From NCBI GenBank assembly GCA_951406725.2, contig OX597818.1, positions 64,542,001-64,606,000 of the forward strand: DNA of 64,000 nt. Reading direction: 5' to 3'. Both the position numbers and the translations under genes were made by a program. The notes under the pieces are model-generated. The model had not been told where the DNA came from and did not search any database. It saw only the letters and a list, made by a program, of their open reading frames with translations. This document shows, in pieces, positions 1 through 13,765 of the stretch. Each line of letters begins with the position of its first letter. Position 1 is the first letter of the stretch. The stretch comes from Octopus vulgaris. Taxonomy: Eukaryota.

Positions 1-282
1 ATTCTTTGCGAGTGCTTATGTGTGCGTCTGCATGTGTGTGTAAGTGTATGTGTGTGTGTGTGTGAATTTTCTACGGCAGCGGTATTGCGTGTGTGTCTTG
101 TGCATAGGAATACTTATATATCAATGTTTCCGCGTTTGGAACTTAAAGGAGAGATAAATCTAAAGCGTACTTTGGCTTAAACATGCACGTGCTTATAAAT
201 ATTCGAGCTGTTTTATTCACATAAAATCAATAACGCAACGCAAATGGCTACACATAATAAACGCATAGAAATGCATGTAAGA

Positions 283-344
<62 letters not shown>

Positions 345-599
345 GTATATAATATTCACGTCTACCCATCTGTATGTGTGCGTGCGTGCGTGTGTGTACA
401 AGGAAATTTTGAAGAAAGCATTTTACAGCAGTTTACATTCTCGCGGTAGAATCATATCTGTTACTTCTGTTCCAGGATGTAAGAAAAATGACGTTCTGTA
501 AGTACAAGCGTGGTCTTCAAACTGCTTCTCAACGTAAACTGAAAATGACGTAGGATATATATATATAGATAGATAGATAGATAGATAGATATTATATAT

Positions 600-666
<67 letters not shown>

Positions 667-675
667 GTATATATG

Positions 676-728
<53 letters not shown>

Positions 729-903
729 GTATATATATATATATATATATATATACGTATATATATACGTATATATATATATATATTTATATACATATAT
801 ATATATATATATTTACATACATATATGTATATACGTATATATATATTTACATACATATATGTATATACGTATATATATATTTACATACATATATGTATAT
901 ACG

Positions 904-934
<31 letters not shown>

Positions 935-1334
935 ATATAAGAATTTATAGGTATGTATATTTAGTGTTAGGTGAAATATAAGATAAAGATATTTGATTAT
1001 GGTATTCAGTGATAAGAGAGCTGAGTATATCAATTTAGCACGTTTATCGATTTACCAAATTATCCGTCAATCAAACATTTGACCTATATATTGCAAAACA
1101 GCGAGTAAATATATTTGTTTGTGATAGCTAACATTTAGGATCACGTGATCACCTACGAATTACAATAAGGAGAACTGCTCCGAAATGATATATTGTAAAG
1201 CGCACTTCTGCTCACAGATCAGTCTTCAAATGGATTTGTGCATAACAGCATATCCAGACACTGAGAAACTTCAAAAGGAAACTCGAACAGCAGGGGAGGA
1301 AACACTGCAGCTCAAATTCTGTTATCTATTTTCT

Positions 1335-1506
<172 letters not shown>

Positions 1507-2178
1507 CTATATATATATATATATCTGTATTCGCTAGCGTGGTTTTGTGCTGAGAATTTCCATCCAAAACAATTGATTTTAAGATCGGTCCCACTGCGTG
1601 GAAACTGAATGTGTTTATTTGACGGAAACTTGTGTTTGTATATATATATATATATATTTGTGTGTGTGTGTGTGTATGTATATATATATATATATATGTA
1701 TGCATATATATCAGTATATATATATGTATGTATGCACTCAAATATATATATATATATATATATATGTTGGTATGTGTCTGTATGTGTTCGTATGTGCATG
1801 TTTGTGTGGGTATGTGGGTGTGTGGGTGTGTGTGTATGTGTGTGTCCGTGCATATGTGTATATGTCTTTTACCGTAACAAAGAGTTATTTCGTTAGTGAA
1901 GCTATATGTTTTGAACCCGTCAAAGTAAGAAAGATTGGAATTACGTATGTTTATGTTACCAATAACGTAACAATTGATATTATGCAGATGGTTGAAGCCT
2001 TTCTTGAGATACATGTTATCTTCCCTTGGTCTACCGGATGGTCGGTATGGGTCACTGCAGACATCGGGTGTCAATGCCAGAATCTCCAACATTTTCACTT
2101 TCGTCATAAGTTACCTTGCGGCCGACAGTGTTCAAAACTACTTATTCATAATGTTCTTAATTTCTCGCACACACACAC

Positions 2179-2234
<56 letters not shown>

Positions 2235-2246
2235 ATTTATATATAT

Positions 2247-3723
2247 CCCCTTGCTAATCTGTGGAGAAACTCACTGGATGCTGGCTATATTCCAAAAAAC
2301 CTTCTGTCCCAGTCTGTTGTCCCAGTTTTCAAAAAGGGAAACAAGTCCCTTGCAGTGAATTACCGTCCGATCTCACTCACCTCTCATATCATCAAGGTAT
2401 TTGAGAGGGTGGTGAGATCTCAAATAACCCAATTTCTGGAAAGCAACAGACGGCTGATCTCCAACCAACATGGGTTCCGTAATGGAAGGGACTGCCTAAC
2501 GCAGCTCCTGCATCACTTTGAGGACATTTTGAGAGCTTTGGGAGAGGGCTCCAACACCGATGTCATCTACCTTGATTTCAGTAAGGCCTTCGACAGGGTC
2601 GATCACAAGATCCTATTGAAAAAACTATCCAACATTGGTGTCTCTGGAAAGTTACTGAAATGGATTAAGTGTTTCCTGACAGACAGATCTCAACATGTTG
2701 TAGTTGAAGGGGTAAAATCAAGCCCAGCCAAAGTCAGTAGTGGCGTTCCGCAAGGCACTGTGCTTGGCCCACTTCTTTTCATCATTTACATTAATGACAT
2801 TAATGACATCATCAAGCACAACAACATAAAAATCTTTGCAGATGACTCCAAGCTACAGAAGGTCATAAATGAGGCGAGTGACCGGACATGCCTTCAGTCA
2901 GATCTACTGGCTGTTATCCAATGGGCAGAAAAAAACAATATGCTGCTGAACGAGGATAAATTTGAGCTAATCCACTTTGGAAAAGAGGATGCCCTGAAAC
3001 TCCCATACTCCCTTCTTTCAGGTGAAACTCTCGCGGCGTCCAACAACATCAGAGACTTGGGAGTAATTGTGGACAACAACGTAAGCTGGGCCACTCATAT
3101 AAACACCAAAGTTGACATGGCCCGCAGAATGTGTTCCTGGATTCTCAGAACTTTCCAGTCGAGAGATATCCACACCATTATCCTTCTCTTCTCCACTTTT
3201 GCCCGACCCCACCTTAAATACTGTTGTCCACTGTGGTCTCCCCACACAATACAAGGTATCATAAAAGTTGAAGCACCTCAAAGGGCAATCACAAAAAAAG
3301 ATAGATGGCATGACAGGCCTCGACTATTGGGGTCGGCTAGAAAAGCTAAAACTCTATTCTCTCCAACGTCATCGTGAGCGCTACATCATCTGCATGATGT
3401 GGAAAATATTCCATCAGCATTGCCCAAATGATGTTGGCATCACCTTTAAGGTACATCCAAGGCTTGGGCCCCGTGCCATCCGCCCAAAACAAAAATCGCA
3501 CTCTCATCTCATAACAACAATACGGCACAATTATTTCACCTCAATTGGCCCCGCTCTCTTTAACATTACACCAAAACACATTAAAACAGAAACTGACCCT
3601 ATAGGGTTCAAGAAGTCTTTGGACAGATTCCTTCAAGAAATCCCGGATAAACCCCCTACACCCGGATATGTCTCTGTAAACAATAACTCTCTACTTGAGT
3701 GGGCCATAGTGCCCAAATTCTGA
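2247..3723 (+). pseudogene. LINE ORF2 reverse transcriptase remnant with one +1 frameshift
   Basis: ORFs 1974..3377 and 3268..3723 join across an A-run at ~3293-3299 that has one more base than the copy at 44463-45202. The N-terminal part of ORF 1974 (before 2247) is unrelated flank. Confidence 0.9.
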
Positions 3724-3812
3724 CTTGAAAGACTTCACCAGGTGGTGCTATTAAGTTAGACATGGCCTGGGCCAATAATGGCCGAAACCTATCAAAGTAT
3801 CAAAGTATCAAA

Positions 3813-3814
<2 letters not shown>
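2247..3814 (+). mobile_element. 5'-truncated non-LTR retrotransposon (CR1/L2 group), RT domain to 3' end
   Basis: RT motifs NYRPISLTS, QHGFR, YLDFSKAFDRVDH, GVPQGTVLGPLLF, FADDSK, IRDLGV. ORF2 stop at 3723, short 3' UTR with a GGCCA-ATAA-TGGCC hairpin (3770-3783) and (ATCAAAGT)x3 tail (3791-3814). Flanked by (TA)n on both sides. Confidence 0.93.
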
Positions 3815-3856
<42 letters not shown>

Positions 3857-4049
3857 GTACATATATATGCATATATACAGACATATGTACATACACATAT
3901 ACGTACATATGTATGCACATACATTTCCGTACATTCACATATATACATGCACTTATATACATGGACACATACACACATGCATACATACATATATATATAT
4001 ATACACACACACACACATATGCACGCACACACGTTCGAACAATCGTGCA

Positions 4050-4431
4050 AACCAGTCGTGACGGTTCAGCACCGAGGGATTCATCACAGCTGGCTGCATA
4101 TTTTCCGACCAGCGTGTGAATATTGCAAGATGTGTCAAAACGATCGTTGTGAGCTATAGAGTTAGCGGTGTATTCCATTCTCTTTCTCATTTGTTTTATA
4201 ATCGACGTACTCTGAAGAATTCCTGAGGTACATGAAGGCCAACAGAAGAAAGCGTGAGAGAAAGTTGTGGCGAAAGAGTACAGCAGGGATCGCCACAACC
4301 CCGTGCCGGAGCCTTGTGGAGTTTTAGGTGTTTGCGCTCAATAAACACTCACAACGCCCGGTCTGGGAATCGAAACCGCGATCCTACGACCGCGAGTCCG
4401 CTGCCCTAACCACTAGGCCATTGCGCCTCCA
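4050..4431 (-). mobile_element. tRNA(Arg)-like SINE family A, 3' tail variant 2
   Basis: Head GGAGGCGCAATGGCCTAGTGGTTAGGGCAGCGGACTCGCGGTCGTAGGATCGCGGTTTCGATTCCC on the minus strand, with A and B boxes and an anticodon-like TCG. Body is shared with 23927-24317 but the tail differs; the left boundary is approximate. Confidence 0.8.
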
Positions 4432-4874
4432 TATATATATATTTATATTGTTTGTATATATATAAACACTGATCAGGAATTGACTATACCGGGCAGTCAG
4501 TTTAGGCTGATTCCGAACTTATTTCTCAGTCAGTATACATGTTTCCACCATAAAATATCTATGAATAATATAGCTAATAAGTAATGTGTATAAAGACAAT
4601 TAATATAGTCAGCAGTGTGCAATGTTTTACCAAAAGGGGAAACTATAATTCTCACTAAATGTGATTACCTAGGTAAAAACAGCTACCTCACTAGAAATAA
4701 GAGCTAAAATGCTCTCATGTTGTAGTCGTCAAAGCACATAATTGCATACAATATATACTGACGGATTGTAATCATCCGAAAACACCGATTGAGAATTGTC
4801 TCAACTAACCGGTCAAAGCAATTCTCGTTGACTCATAAAAATTTAACATCTAATGTTCTAATATATATATATAT

Positions 4875-5206
4875 TCTTTAACTTGATTTAGTAATTTACC
4901 CCCAGTGATGGTGGAGACGTGAACCGTCGAAAGTCAAACTAATCGAACCCAAGACTTACATTTTGAAGCCTGGTATTTATTCCATGGGCCACATATGCCT
5001 AACCGCTAAGTTACGTGGACATAAACACTCCAGCAACTTGTTAAGCGGTAATGTGGGGAGAAGCAGTGAGACAAAGAAACATACACATAGGTATATATAC
5101 ACATGCACATACACCCACCCACACTCACATGTATATATCAATATATCTGTATATGTATTTATGTATACACATACACACGCACGCACGCACACACGCACAC
5201 ACACAC

Positions 5207-5270
<64 letters not shown>

Positions 5271-5391
5271 GCATACACACACTGACACGAGGTATTGTGG
5301 AAGACAACTGTCCATGACGCCATGCAGTGGGACTGAACCCGGAACCAAGTGATTATTAGGAAGTTAGCTTTTTACCACACAGTCATGCCTA
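4875..5391 (-). mobile_element. SINE family C copy (degenerate) with internal microsatellite
   Basis: Matches segments of 16342-16740 (GCAGTGGGACTGAACCCGGAACCA, AACCGCTAAGTTACG) around an expanded CA/TA tract. Confidence 0.65.
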
Positions 5392-5479
5392 TCGTGAAGA
5401 ATGAAGACTTTCAACTCTACTACGTAGACAATTTCAAACAGATGATTCTATTTCAATGGTAAATGGTACTTTAATAAAT

Positions 5480-5757
5480 AGGGTAGAGACCCCACCCCCA
5501 CCCTTTGGATATGTAAGAGTATGAGATTGCACCTCGAAAAATTCCCTTCGAAGGAACAGTTCCAGCAATGTTGTTTTTATGGAAGACCAGCATTCGCCCA
5601 CGCATACCACCCTCCCTACTCCACGCCACCAGTGTTATCCAAGTGAAATGCAAAGACCGATAGAGCTTGGCACCAGTAACATAACGCGCAGCTCTGCCCG
5701 GGAATCGAACTCACTAACTCAAGACTGTGAGCTCAACGAACTAACTACTTGGCCATT
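5480..5757 (-). mobile_element. SINE family B copy (degenerate, internally deleted)
   Basis: Reverse complement matches 34955-35295 (CTGGTGCCAAGC, GGATAACACTGGTGGCGTGGAG) and has a tRNA-like B box GAGTTCGATTCCC. Confidence 0.65.
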
Positions 5758-6000
5758 TTAATATACATAGCAGAATGTCTGAATTAAGAAGCTAATTTGT
5801 CTGCTGTGAGAAATATATAATATCTAAATAAGTTATAATGGTGTATTTCAGAAGAAAGTGTGCAGTACAAATTTTCCACGGAATCCAATATTTAAATTGA
5901 ATTCTTTCTCTTAACAGAATCATTGTTTGTAACTTAAGTGGAGCAAGCTAATAGTATTGTTTATTTCCCTTGAACATGGTTTATAGTATATCTTCCAAAT

Positions 6001-6385
6001 GAAAGCACTCCGTCGGTTACGACGATGAGGGTTCCGGTTGATCCGAATCAACGGAACAGCCTGCTCGTGAAATTAACGTGTAAGTGGCTGAGGACTCCAC
6101 AGACGCGTGTACCCTTAACGTAGTTCTCGGGGATATTCAGCATGACACAGAGAGTGAAAAGGCCGGCCCTTTGAAATACAGGTACAACAGGAACAAGAAG
6201 TAAGAGTGAGAGAAAGTTGTGGTGAAAGAGTACAGCATGGATCACCACCATCCCCTGCCGGAGTCTCGTGGAGCTTTAGGTGTTTTCGCACAATAAACAC
6301 TCACAACGCCCGGTCTGGGAATCGAAACCGCGATCCTACGACCGCGAGTCCGCTGCCCTAACCACTGGGCCATTGTGCCTCCACT
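6001..6385 (-). mobile_element. Full-length tRNA(Arg)-like SINE family A, tail variant 1
   Basis: Near-identical reverse complement of 23927-24317. 12-bp TSD TATCTTCC(A/T)AAT at 5989-6000 and 6386-6397. Confidence 0.92.
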
Positions 6386-7558
6386 TATCTTCCTAATATA
6401 AGTTTTGAGATCAATGCCGACGAGGACGTCTTTTCGTTTTCAATACTTTCGATATAATCGGATTCACCCCTCCACTGAAATTCCAGGACTTGGGTCTATG
6501 AGGTCAAATCAAAAGGTAACTGGCTGTTGCTATACAAAGAAAAATACAACATATAACAATACAACATTTAACTTCTTCTGAAGACACACCCGTTAGCCAG
6601 GAACATACGTTCCACCAGGAACCATTTTGTTTTATTGTAGAGCAAGCAGCTGTCATTGTTCTTTTGGATTTCTTTGCCGTTTGGAAATTTTGCTCTTTTC
6701 AAGTGGAATATAATATTTGGAAATATACTTGGCCTTATAACACTAAAGCCGTGTCAGTTACGACACTTTCGCTTCTGCGCATGCGCAGAAATATGATCAA
6801 ACACACACGCACACATATTTCCTCTTCCATGGTCATTGATGTCAACTTTGTTATGCGGAGAGATGACCAAGCTCTATCCACTTTAATTCCATGAAGTTCT
6901 ATAAACAAGAGAATCAATCAAGGACGTTATAATTTAATGTGCATACATGACATAATTCACGCTTAATTTGTGCGGGGCTTCACTCCACATATTTTAAGCT
7001 CGTTAACATAGCAACAATCCCGATATTTGTTGATTATTCTTCGTACAGAAGAAATATATATGCAGGTCTAGTGTTAGGCGATTTCTTCCGTCCTAGTTTT
7101 TTTTTTATTATTGTATTAGATTTTGTCCTCGGGCTGATAAAGACCATATTTCAAAACCATGGTCAAATAAATCAGCCTATAGAGGAAAGGAACAGATACG
7201 GCAAACACCACTGGTCCGCTCTCTTTCTCCTTCTTAACATCAAGCTGCATACAAACGATTATTTTGTATTTTCGTTTTCTGTGTAGCCAAAAACACCAGC
7301 TATTTTTTGAGTGAACTGCATAATTCAAGATCTTAGAATAAATACAAGATGGGTATTTTTTTTATCAATTCCAAATCAGTGGAAGGCTAAGTGATACTTA
7401 GCAGGATTTGTACCAACAGATATAAAAGAATACCGTGAACATTTTATTTTGCCACTCTTTAGAAATTTTCCAGTCCACTGTAGTCTAATATTAATTACTG
7501 GATATCAAAAAGTATATATGCAATGGGTAATTAATGACTAAGACTCGTATATGGAGTT

Positions 7559-7725
7559 AGTGGAGGCGCGTGGCTTAGTGCTCAGGGTGTCAGTACCATG
7601 ATCGTAAGATTGTGGTTTCGATTCCTGGACCGGGCGACGTATTGTGCCCTTGAGTAAAATACTTCATTTCACGTTGCTCCAGTCCACTCAGCTGGCAAAA
7701 ATGAGTAACGCTGCGATGGACTGGC
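7559..7725 (+). mobile_element. SINE family B-like 5' portion
   Basis: tRNA-like head GGAGGCGCGTGGCTTAGTG...GGTTTCGATTCC followed by CTTGAG...CATTTCACGTTGCTCCAGTCCACTCAGCTG, as in 34955-35100. Confidence 0.7.
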
Positions 7726-8180
7726 TAGGCTTTAAAAGGGCGCATTTATCTATTATTATATGGACTTAACATTTTGGAACAAAACCAGCAACTTTAAGAC
7801 ATGGAATAAATCAATTACATTGACATTAGTGCACAACAGGTAATTATCCGATGGACGCCCCAAAAAATGAAACACAAAGTGGGCAACAGAAGGATTTGAA
7901 CACAGAACTATAAGACTGACGATATGGCGCAAAACATTTTGTCCGAACGGTAACATTTCTACTATTTCTCCGCCCAAATATTAAAATTTCAACGTCTGAA
8001 TTTCGAGGTTGACCAGAAAATTGTGGAATAAGACGAAGGCATTAAGAATTTTAACTTTAAGAGAATTAAACACAATCGATAACCTCAGGAATGACTTTAC
8101 ATACACGCATGCACATACATACATACTTACATACATACATGCATGCATACATGCACACACACATACATACATACATACAT

Positions 8181-8225
<45 letters not shown>

Positions 8226-8245
8226 GTATGTATATATATATATAT

Positions 8246-8547
8246 CACGTGATCACGTGACCGACCAGACCATCAGATGTTGTTACACATCGCTGGTCAC
8301 AATGCGTTCGCATTGTTTTAGCCTTCGAATGATGCCACCCCGCTGGCTAAGCGAGCAGGCCAACTGAAGAAAGAGTGAGAGAAAGAGTGGTGAAGGAGTA
8401 CAGCAGGGATCACCACCATTACCTGCCGGAGCTCGTGGAGCTTCTTTAGGTGTTTTCGCTCAATAAACACTCAGAACGCCCGGTCTGGGAATCGAAACTG
8501 CGATCCTGCGACCGCGAGTCCGCTGCCCTAACCACTAGGCCATTGCG

Positions 8548-8551
<4 letters not shown>
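8246..8551 (-). mobile_element. SINE family A, tail variant 3
   Basis: Head and body as 23927-24110, then a different tail ending CACGTGATCACGTG next to (TA)n. Confidence 0.8.
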
Positions 8552-8604
<53 letters not shown>

Positions 8605-8872
8605 TATATATATAAATATATATATATATATACACACTCACACACAAAATATGTTTATGTGTATATGTGAGTGTGTGAGTGTGTGTGTGAGTGAATGTGT
8701 GTGAGTGTGTGTTTGTGGTAGTTCGCCTGAATGGGCGCAGCCATTAGATGCGAAACTAATAAAAGATCATAAACACACACACACACAAGCACACACACTC
8801 GAGCACATATTCTAACACACATTCACAGTATATTTTTATAAATAAGAGTGGGTATGTGTGGTCTGCTTGCGC

Positions 8873-9170
<298 letters not shown>

Positions 9171-9243
9171 TGCATATATGTGTATGTGTGTTCGTGCGTG
9201 TGTGTGTATGTGTGTATTTACATACTCTTAAATATATAAACAG

Positions 9244-9282
<39 letters not shown>

Positions 9283-9709
9283 AGCGCAATGGCGTGTATT
9301 TGCTTGACAAATCATTTGCAGGCTGGCTCTCCCCATTGTCTGCCTCACGTATCCTTCTACATGCACAGTCACGTGGAATTGTTTTCGCACATAACACAGC
9401 TTAATGCCTCAATGTTTAGCCTAAACCCTGCAAACTACATACAACATCAAATATTTGTTATTCACAACGTCAGGTATAATGCTAATAAACCTATTACTGC
9501 CGGCTCCGTTCAACATAAATTAGCTCTACTATTATACACACACACATAGTTATGCGTATGTATGTATGTATGTATGTATGTATGTATGTATATATATATA
9601 TATATAGATAGATAGATACATACATACATACATATATATATATATATTTATACATACATACACACATATATATATGTATATATATATATATATATATACT
9701 TATATATAC

Positions 9710-9742
<33 letters not shown>

Positions 9743-9759
9743 TGAATGTATTATGTATG

Positions 9760-9804
<45 letters not shown>

Positions 9805-9805
<1 letters not shown>

Positions 9806-9930
9806 CGGGCTTCTTTCAGAGACATCTAATCTCAGGTATTTGGTAGAAGACACTTGCCGAAGGTTCCACGCTGTAGAAATGAACCCAGAACTGTGTGAGT
9901 GGTAAGCAAGCTACTTACAACTCCCACACT

Positions 9931-9931
<1 letters not shown>
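9805..9931 (-). mobile_element. SINE family C 5' fragment
   Basis: ACGGGCTTCTTTCAG...GAAGACACTTGCC...GGTAAGCAAGCTACTTAC matches the family C head. Confidence 0.65.
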
Positions 9932-9966
<35 letters not shown>

Positions 9967-10435
9967 GGATAAACTGCGAATGTGTGTTAGAATATGTGCT
10001 CGTGTGTCTGTGCTTATGCTCTTTTACTAGCATTGCATCACATGGCTGCGCCCATTCAGGAGCACTAGCGCATTCTTACATGTCACACACACACACACGT
10101 ATATATACACATATATCTACATACATACATGCATACACGGACAAAATCTTTGTTCCCTTCGTCTCATGGTCCATTTTATGCTGGAAATTATGTTAAAGCT
10201 GCAAATAGTGACGCATTGGGTTATTCGTTCAAAGAACGAACTCCACTGCATGTTCAAAAATGTGCAGATTTAAACAAAAATAATTTCCGCGCTGAAATTC
10301 TCTATTTAATTCGGAGATATACGTAAAAGTCTAGAGATGTAAAAACGACATTATATGTAAGATTTTTATCAAGTTTGATGCCATAAGACTTACAGGGGAT
10401 ATTTCCATGGGGAAAGAACAATATTTAGAAAATAC

Positions 10436-10603
10436 ATGTGGCTATGTGGAAAGCATATTGCTTCCCAACCATATGGTTCCGGTTTCAGTTCAACTCTGTG
10501 GCACCTTGGCCAAGTGGCTCTGTTACAGACCAAAGTCGAAGAAAAGTTTATGAGAGGAATTAACAGATGGAAGCTGAAAGAAACACGTCAATCTTTCTTT
10601 CTG

Positions 10604-10694
<91 letters not shown>

Positions 10695-10709
10695 ATCTAC
10701 CTACCTATG

Positions 10710-10744
<35 letters not shown>

Positions 10745-11080
10745 ATATATATATATATATATTTATTTATCTATCTATTTGTTGTGTATAGTGTGTGTAT
10801 AATTGATACACACACAAATGAATGTATATATATTTACATAGATACATATATGCATATCTACGTATCTTTGGTCATGTTTGCCCACGAACACACACACAGA
10901 GCGGCTTTGAACCGGTGTTGACTTGCTTGTGCTCCCCTGAATTAGCGGCTCAACCTGAGAAGCTGATAAAGCAAGTGACAGTCTTGGAAATCTAGAAAAT
11001 ATGCATTGGAATCAATTGACCCGACTAAAATCCTTCAAGATGCTACCCCAGGATGGCTGCAGTCGAATGAGTGAAAAAGA
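10436..11080 (+). mobile_element. SINE family C copy (degenerate) with expanded internal (TATC)n
   Basis: Head GTGGCTATGTGG...GGCACCTTGGCCAAGTG at 10438-10517 and tail-like CCAGGATGGCTGCAGTCGAATGAGTGAAA at ~11048-11077. Confidence 0.55.
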
Positions 11081-11749
11081 TTGCATAAATATATGCAAAT
11101 ATGCATCTAGTGCAACTGAGAGAAATAGCAGAAAATATGGGAATATATTTGCAGAAAGAGAAAATAGAAAACTAGCAAAAACTATCGAGAACAGAGTAAG
11201 AGAAAAACACATTCCTAGTGATAGAGAGAAAGCTGAAACCGTTTCTAAGAAAGTAGCTTTCTCTGATTACTGCTAGAAGAACAGAGAAGGCAGTCGAAGT
11301 TTGGCAACCAACTGGAATGCAAGGGAGGTAACTTTTATCACAACGTTAGAATCAGAGAACTGGTTTGACTGTCTACAACTGCAGAGGAGAGAGATGTGCT
11401 TAACGTAATATGTTGTCCTCTGGAACACACACACACGCACACACGCACACAAACGCACGCACACACAAACACACGCACACACACATACACATTTACATGT
11501 ATGTGAGTATATGATATACATAAGCAGCTGTACATATCAGCTATCTACACACGCACACACAACACACAACACACACACAGACACACACACATATGCATAT
11601 ACATATCAATAGATAAATAAATTGATTGATTGATTGATAGATAAGTTCAGACATATATACATAATAACATAGATAGATAGATAGAAAAAGAGAGAGTGAG
11701 ATAGACAGACAGGCGGATAGATAGGTAGATACATTCATACATACACACT

Positions 11750-11883
<134 letters not shown>

Positions 11884-12042
11884 CAGGCAGACAGACAGAT
11901 GGATAGATAGATGGATTGATAGATATGTACATACATATATACATAATAACACACACACACATATATATAAATATATAGGGAGATAGATAGACAGACATCA
12001 GACAGACAGATAGACAGATAGCTAGCTAGATAGTTAGATAGC

Positions 12043-12119
<77 letters not shown>

Positions 12120-12530
12120 GTAGATAGATAGATAGATTGATAGATAGATTGATAAAGAGATTGAGATAGAATGAGAGAAAGATACATAAACATAAGGAGA
12201 GTGACAGGAGAGAGTATTGTAAACATGCATTGAACTACACGCAAACAAGCACGCACACACGCACACCTACACACACACTCATGCGCGCGAACGCACAAAC
12301 ACGCTTAAAACGCGCCTACCTCTGCGTGTGTACATAAGTGTGTTCTTGTGCGCGTGTTCGTGCGTTTAGGAAGATTTTCCTTCCTCGTATATGTATAGTC
12401 GTGTTTATGCACCAATGTCACTCTCTCTATATTCTTAAATAGCTTCACCTTTTCTTCACACAAGATCGATTGAATTGCGTTGGTATCGAAAAAAGTTGCC
12501 AAAGCACGACATATTGTTTACTGTTTGCAA

Positions 12531-13765
12531 TATTTGTCTAGTTTAGGCGGCGAGCTGGCGGAATCGTTAACACGCCGGACCAAATGCTTAGCGGTATTTC
12601 GTCTGCCGTTACGTTGTGAGTTCAAATTCCGCCGAGGTAGACTTTTCCTTTCATCATTTCGGGGTCGATAAATTAATTACCAGTTACGCACTGGTGTCCA
12701 TGTAATCGACTTAAACCTTTCGTCTGTCCTTGTTTCTCCCTTCTGTGTTTAGCCCCTTGTGGGTAGTAAAGAAATAGGTATTTCGTTTGTCTATACGTTC
12801 TGAGTTCAAATGCCTGTCATCATTTCGGGATCGATAAATTAAGTACCAGTTTCGTACTGAGGTCGATCTAATCGACGGGCCCACCTCCCCCAAAATTTGG
12901 GGCCTTGTGCCTAGAGTAGAAATGACTATTTGTCTAGTTTAGACGGCGAGCTGGCAGAAAAGTTAGCACGCCGGGCGAGATGCTTAGCGATACTTCGTCT
13001 GCCGTTACGTTCTGAGTTCAAATTCTGCCGAGGTTGACTTTGCCTTTCATCATTTCGGGGTCGATTAAATAAGTACCATGCACTGGGTCCGATATAATCG
13101 ACATAATCCGTTTGCCTGTACTTGTTTGTCCCCTCTGTGTTTAACCCCTTGTGGGTAGTAAAGAAATAGAAATAGGTATTTCATCCCTCTCCATATTCTG
13201 AGTTCAAATTCCGCCGATGTTGAGTTTGCCTTTAAACTTTTCGGAGTTAATGAATTAAGTACCAGTTGCGTACTGAAGTCGATCGAATCAACTGGCCCCC
13301 TTCCTAAAAATTTTGGGCCTTATGCCAAGAGTAGAAAAGACTATTTGTCTAGGATTTGAAAGCGACAGGCTGGCAGAGAATCGTCTGTCTTTACATTCTG
13401 AGTTCAAATTCCGCTACTGTTGATATTGGCTTTCATCTTTGCCGCTTGATAAAGTAGGTACAAGCTGAAGTCTGAGGTTGATGTAATCAACTTACCCCTC
13501 CGTTGAAACTGCTGGCCTGTGCCACAGTTTTCGGTCAGAAGGCAGCGTGCTGGCTGAATTGTTAAGACCCTCGGTAAAAGGCTTAGCGTTATTTCGTTCG
13601 TCTTTATGTTCTGAGTTCAAATTCAACCACAGTAGACTTAGCCTTTATTTTTTCTTCTCCTTTTTTTTCCCTGTCGCTAAAATACGTACATGTTGAACAC
13701 TGCTGTCGGTATTATCAACAAAATCCCTCGCCAAAAAGGCTGGCATTATATCACAATTTGAAATA
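12531..13765 (+). mobile_element. Stack of tRNA-derived SINE family D copies (Meta/MESC-like central domain)
   Basis: Repeated GGCGAGCTGGCAGAA...TTCTGAGTTCAAATTCCGCCGAGGT.GACTTTGCCTTTCATC.TTTCGGGGTCGATAAATTAAGTACCAG. Two ~400-bp dimeric units plus two more degenerate monomers. Assignment of the central domain to Meta/MESC is from memory of that motif. Confidence 0.8.

Noticed and set aside
1974-2246. N-terminal extension of the 467-aa RT ORF
   Set aside because: Runs through unrelated flank and CA/TA repeats; RT homology starts only at ~2247.
3762-3795. GGCC..GGCC-GAAAC in the LINE 3' UTR as a hammerhead
   Set aside because: No CUGANGA core upstream and no stem I; better explained as the LINE 3' recognition hairpin.
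8718-8758. CTGAATG...GCGAAACTA as a hammerhead
   Set aside because: Core does not match and the segment folds as a simple hairpin.
12531-13765. CRISPR-like repeat array
   Set aside because: Eukaryotic context; repeats are SINE bodies hundreds of bp long with no repeat-spacer periodicity.
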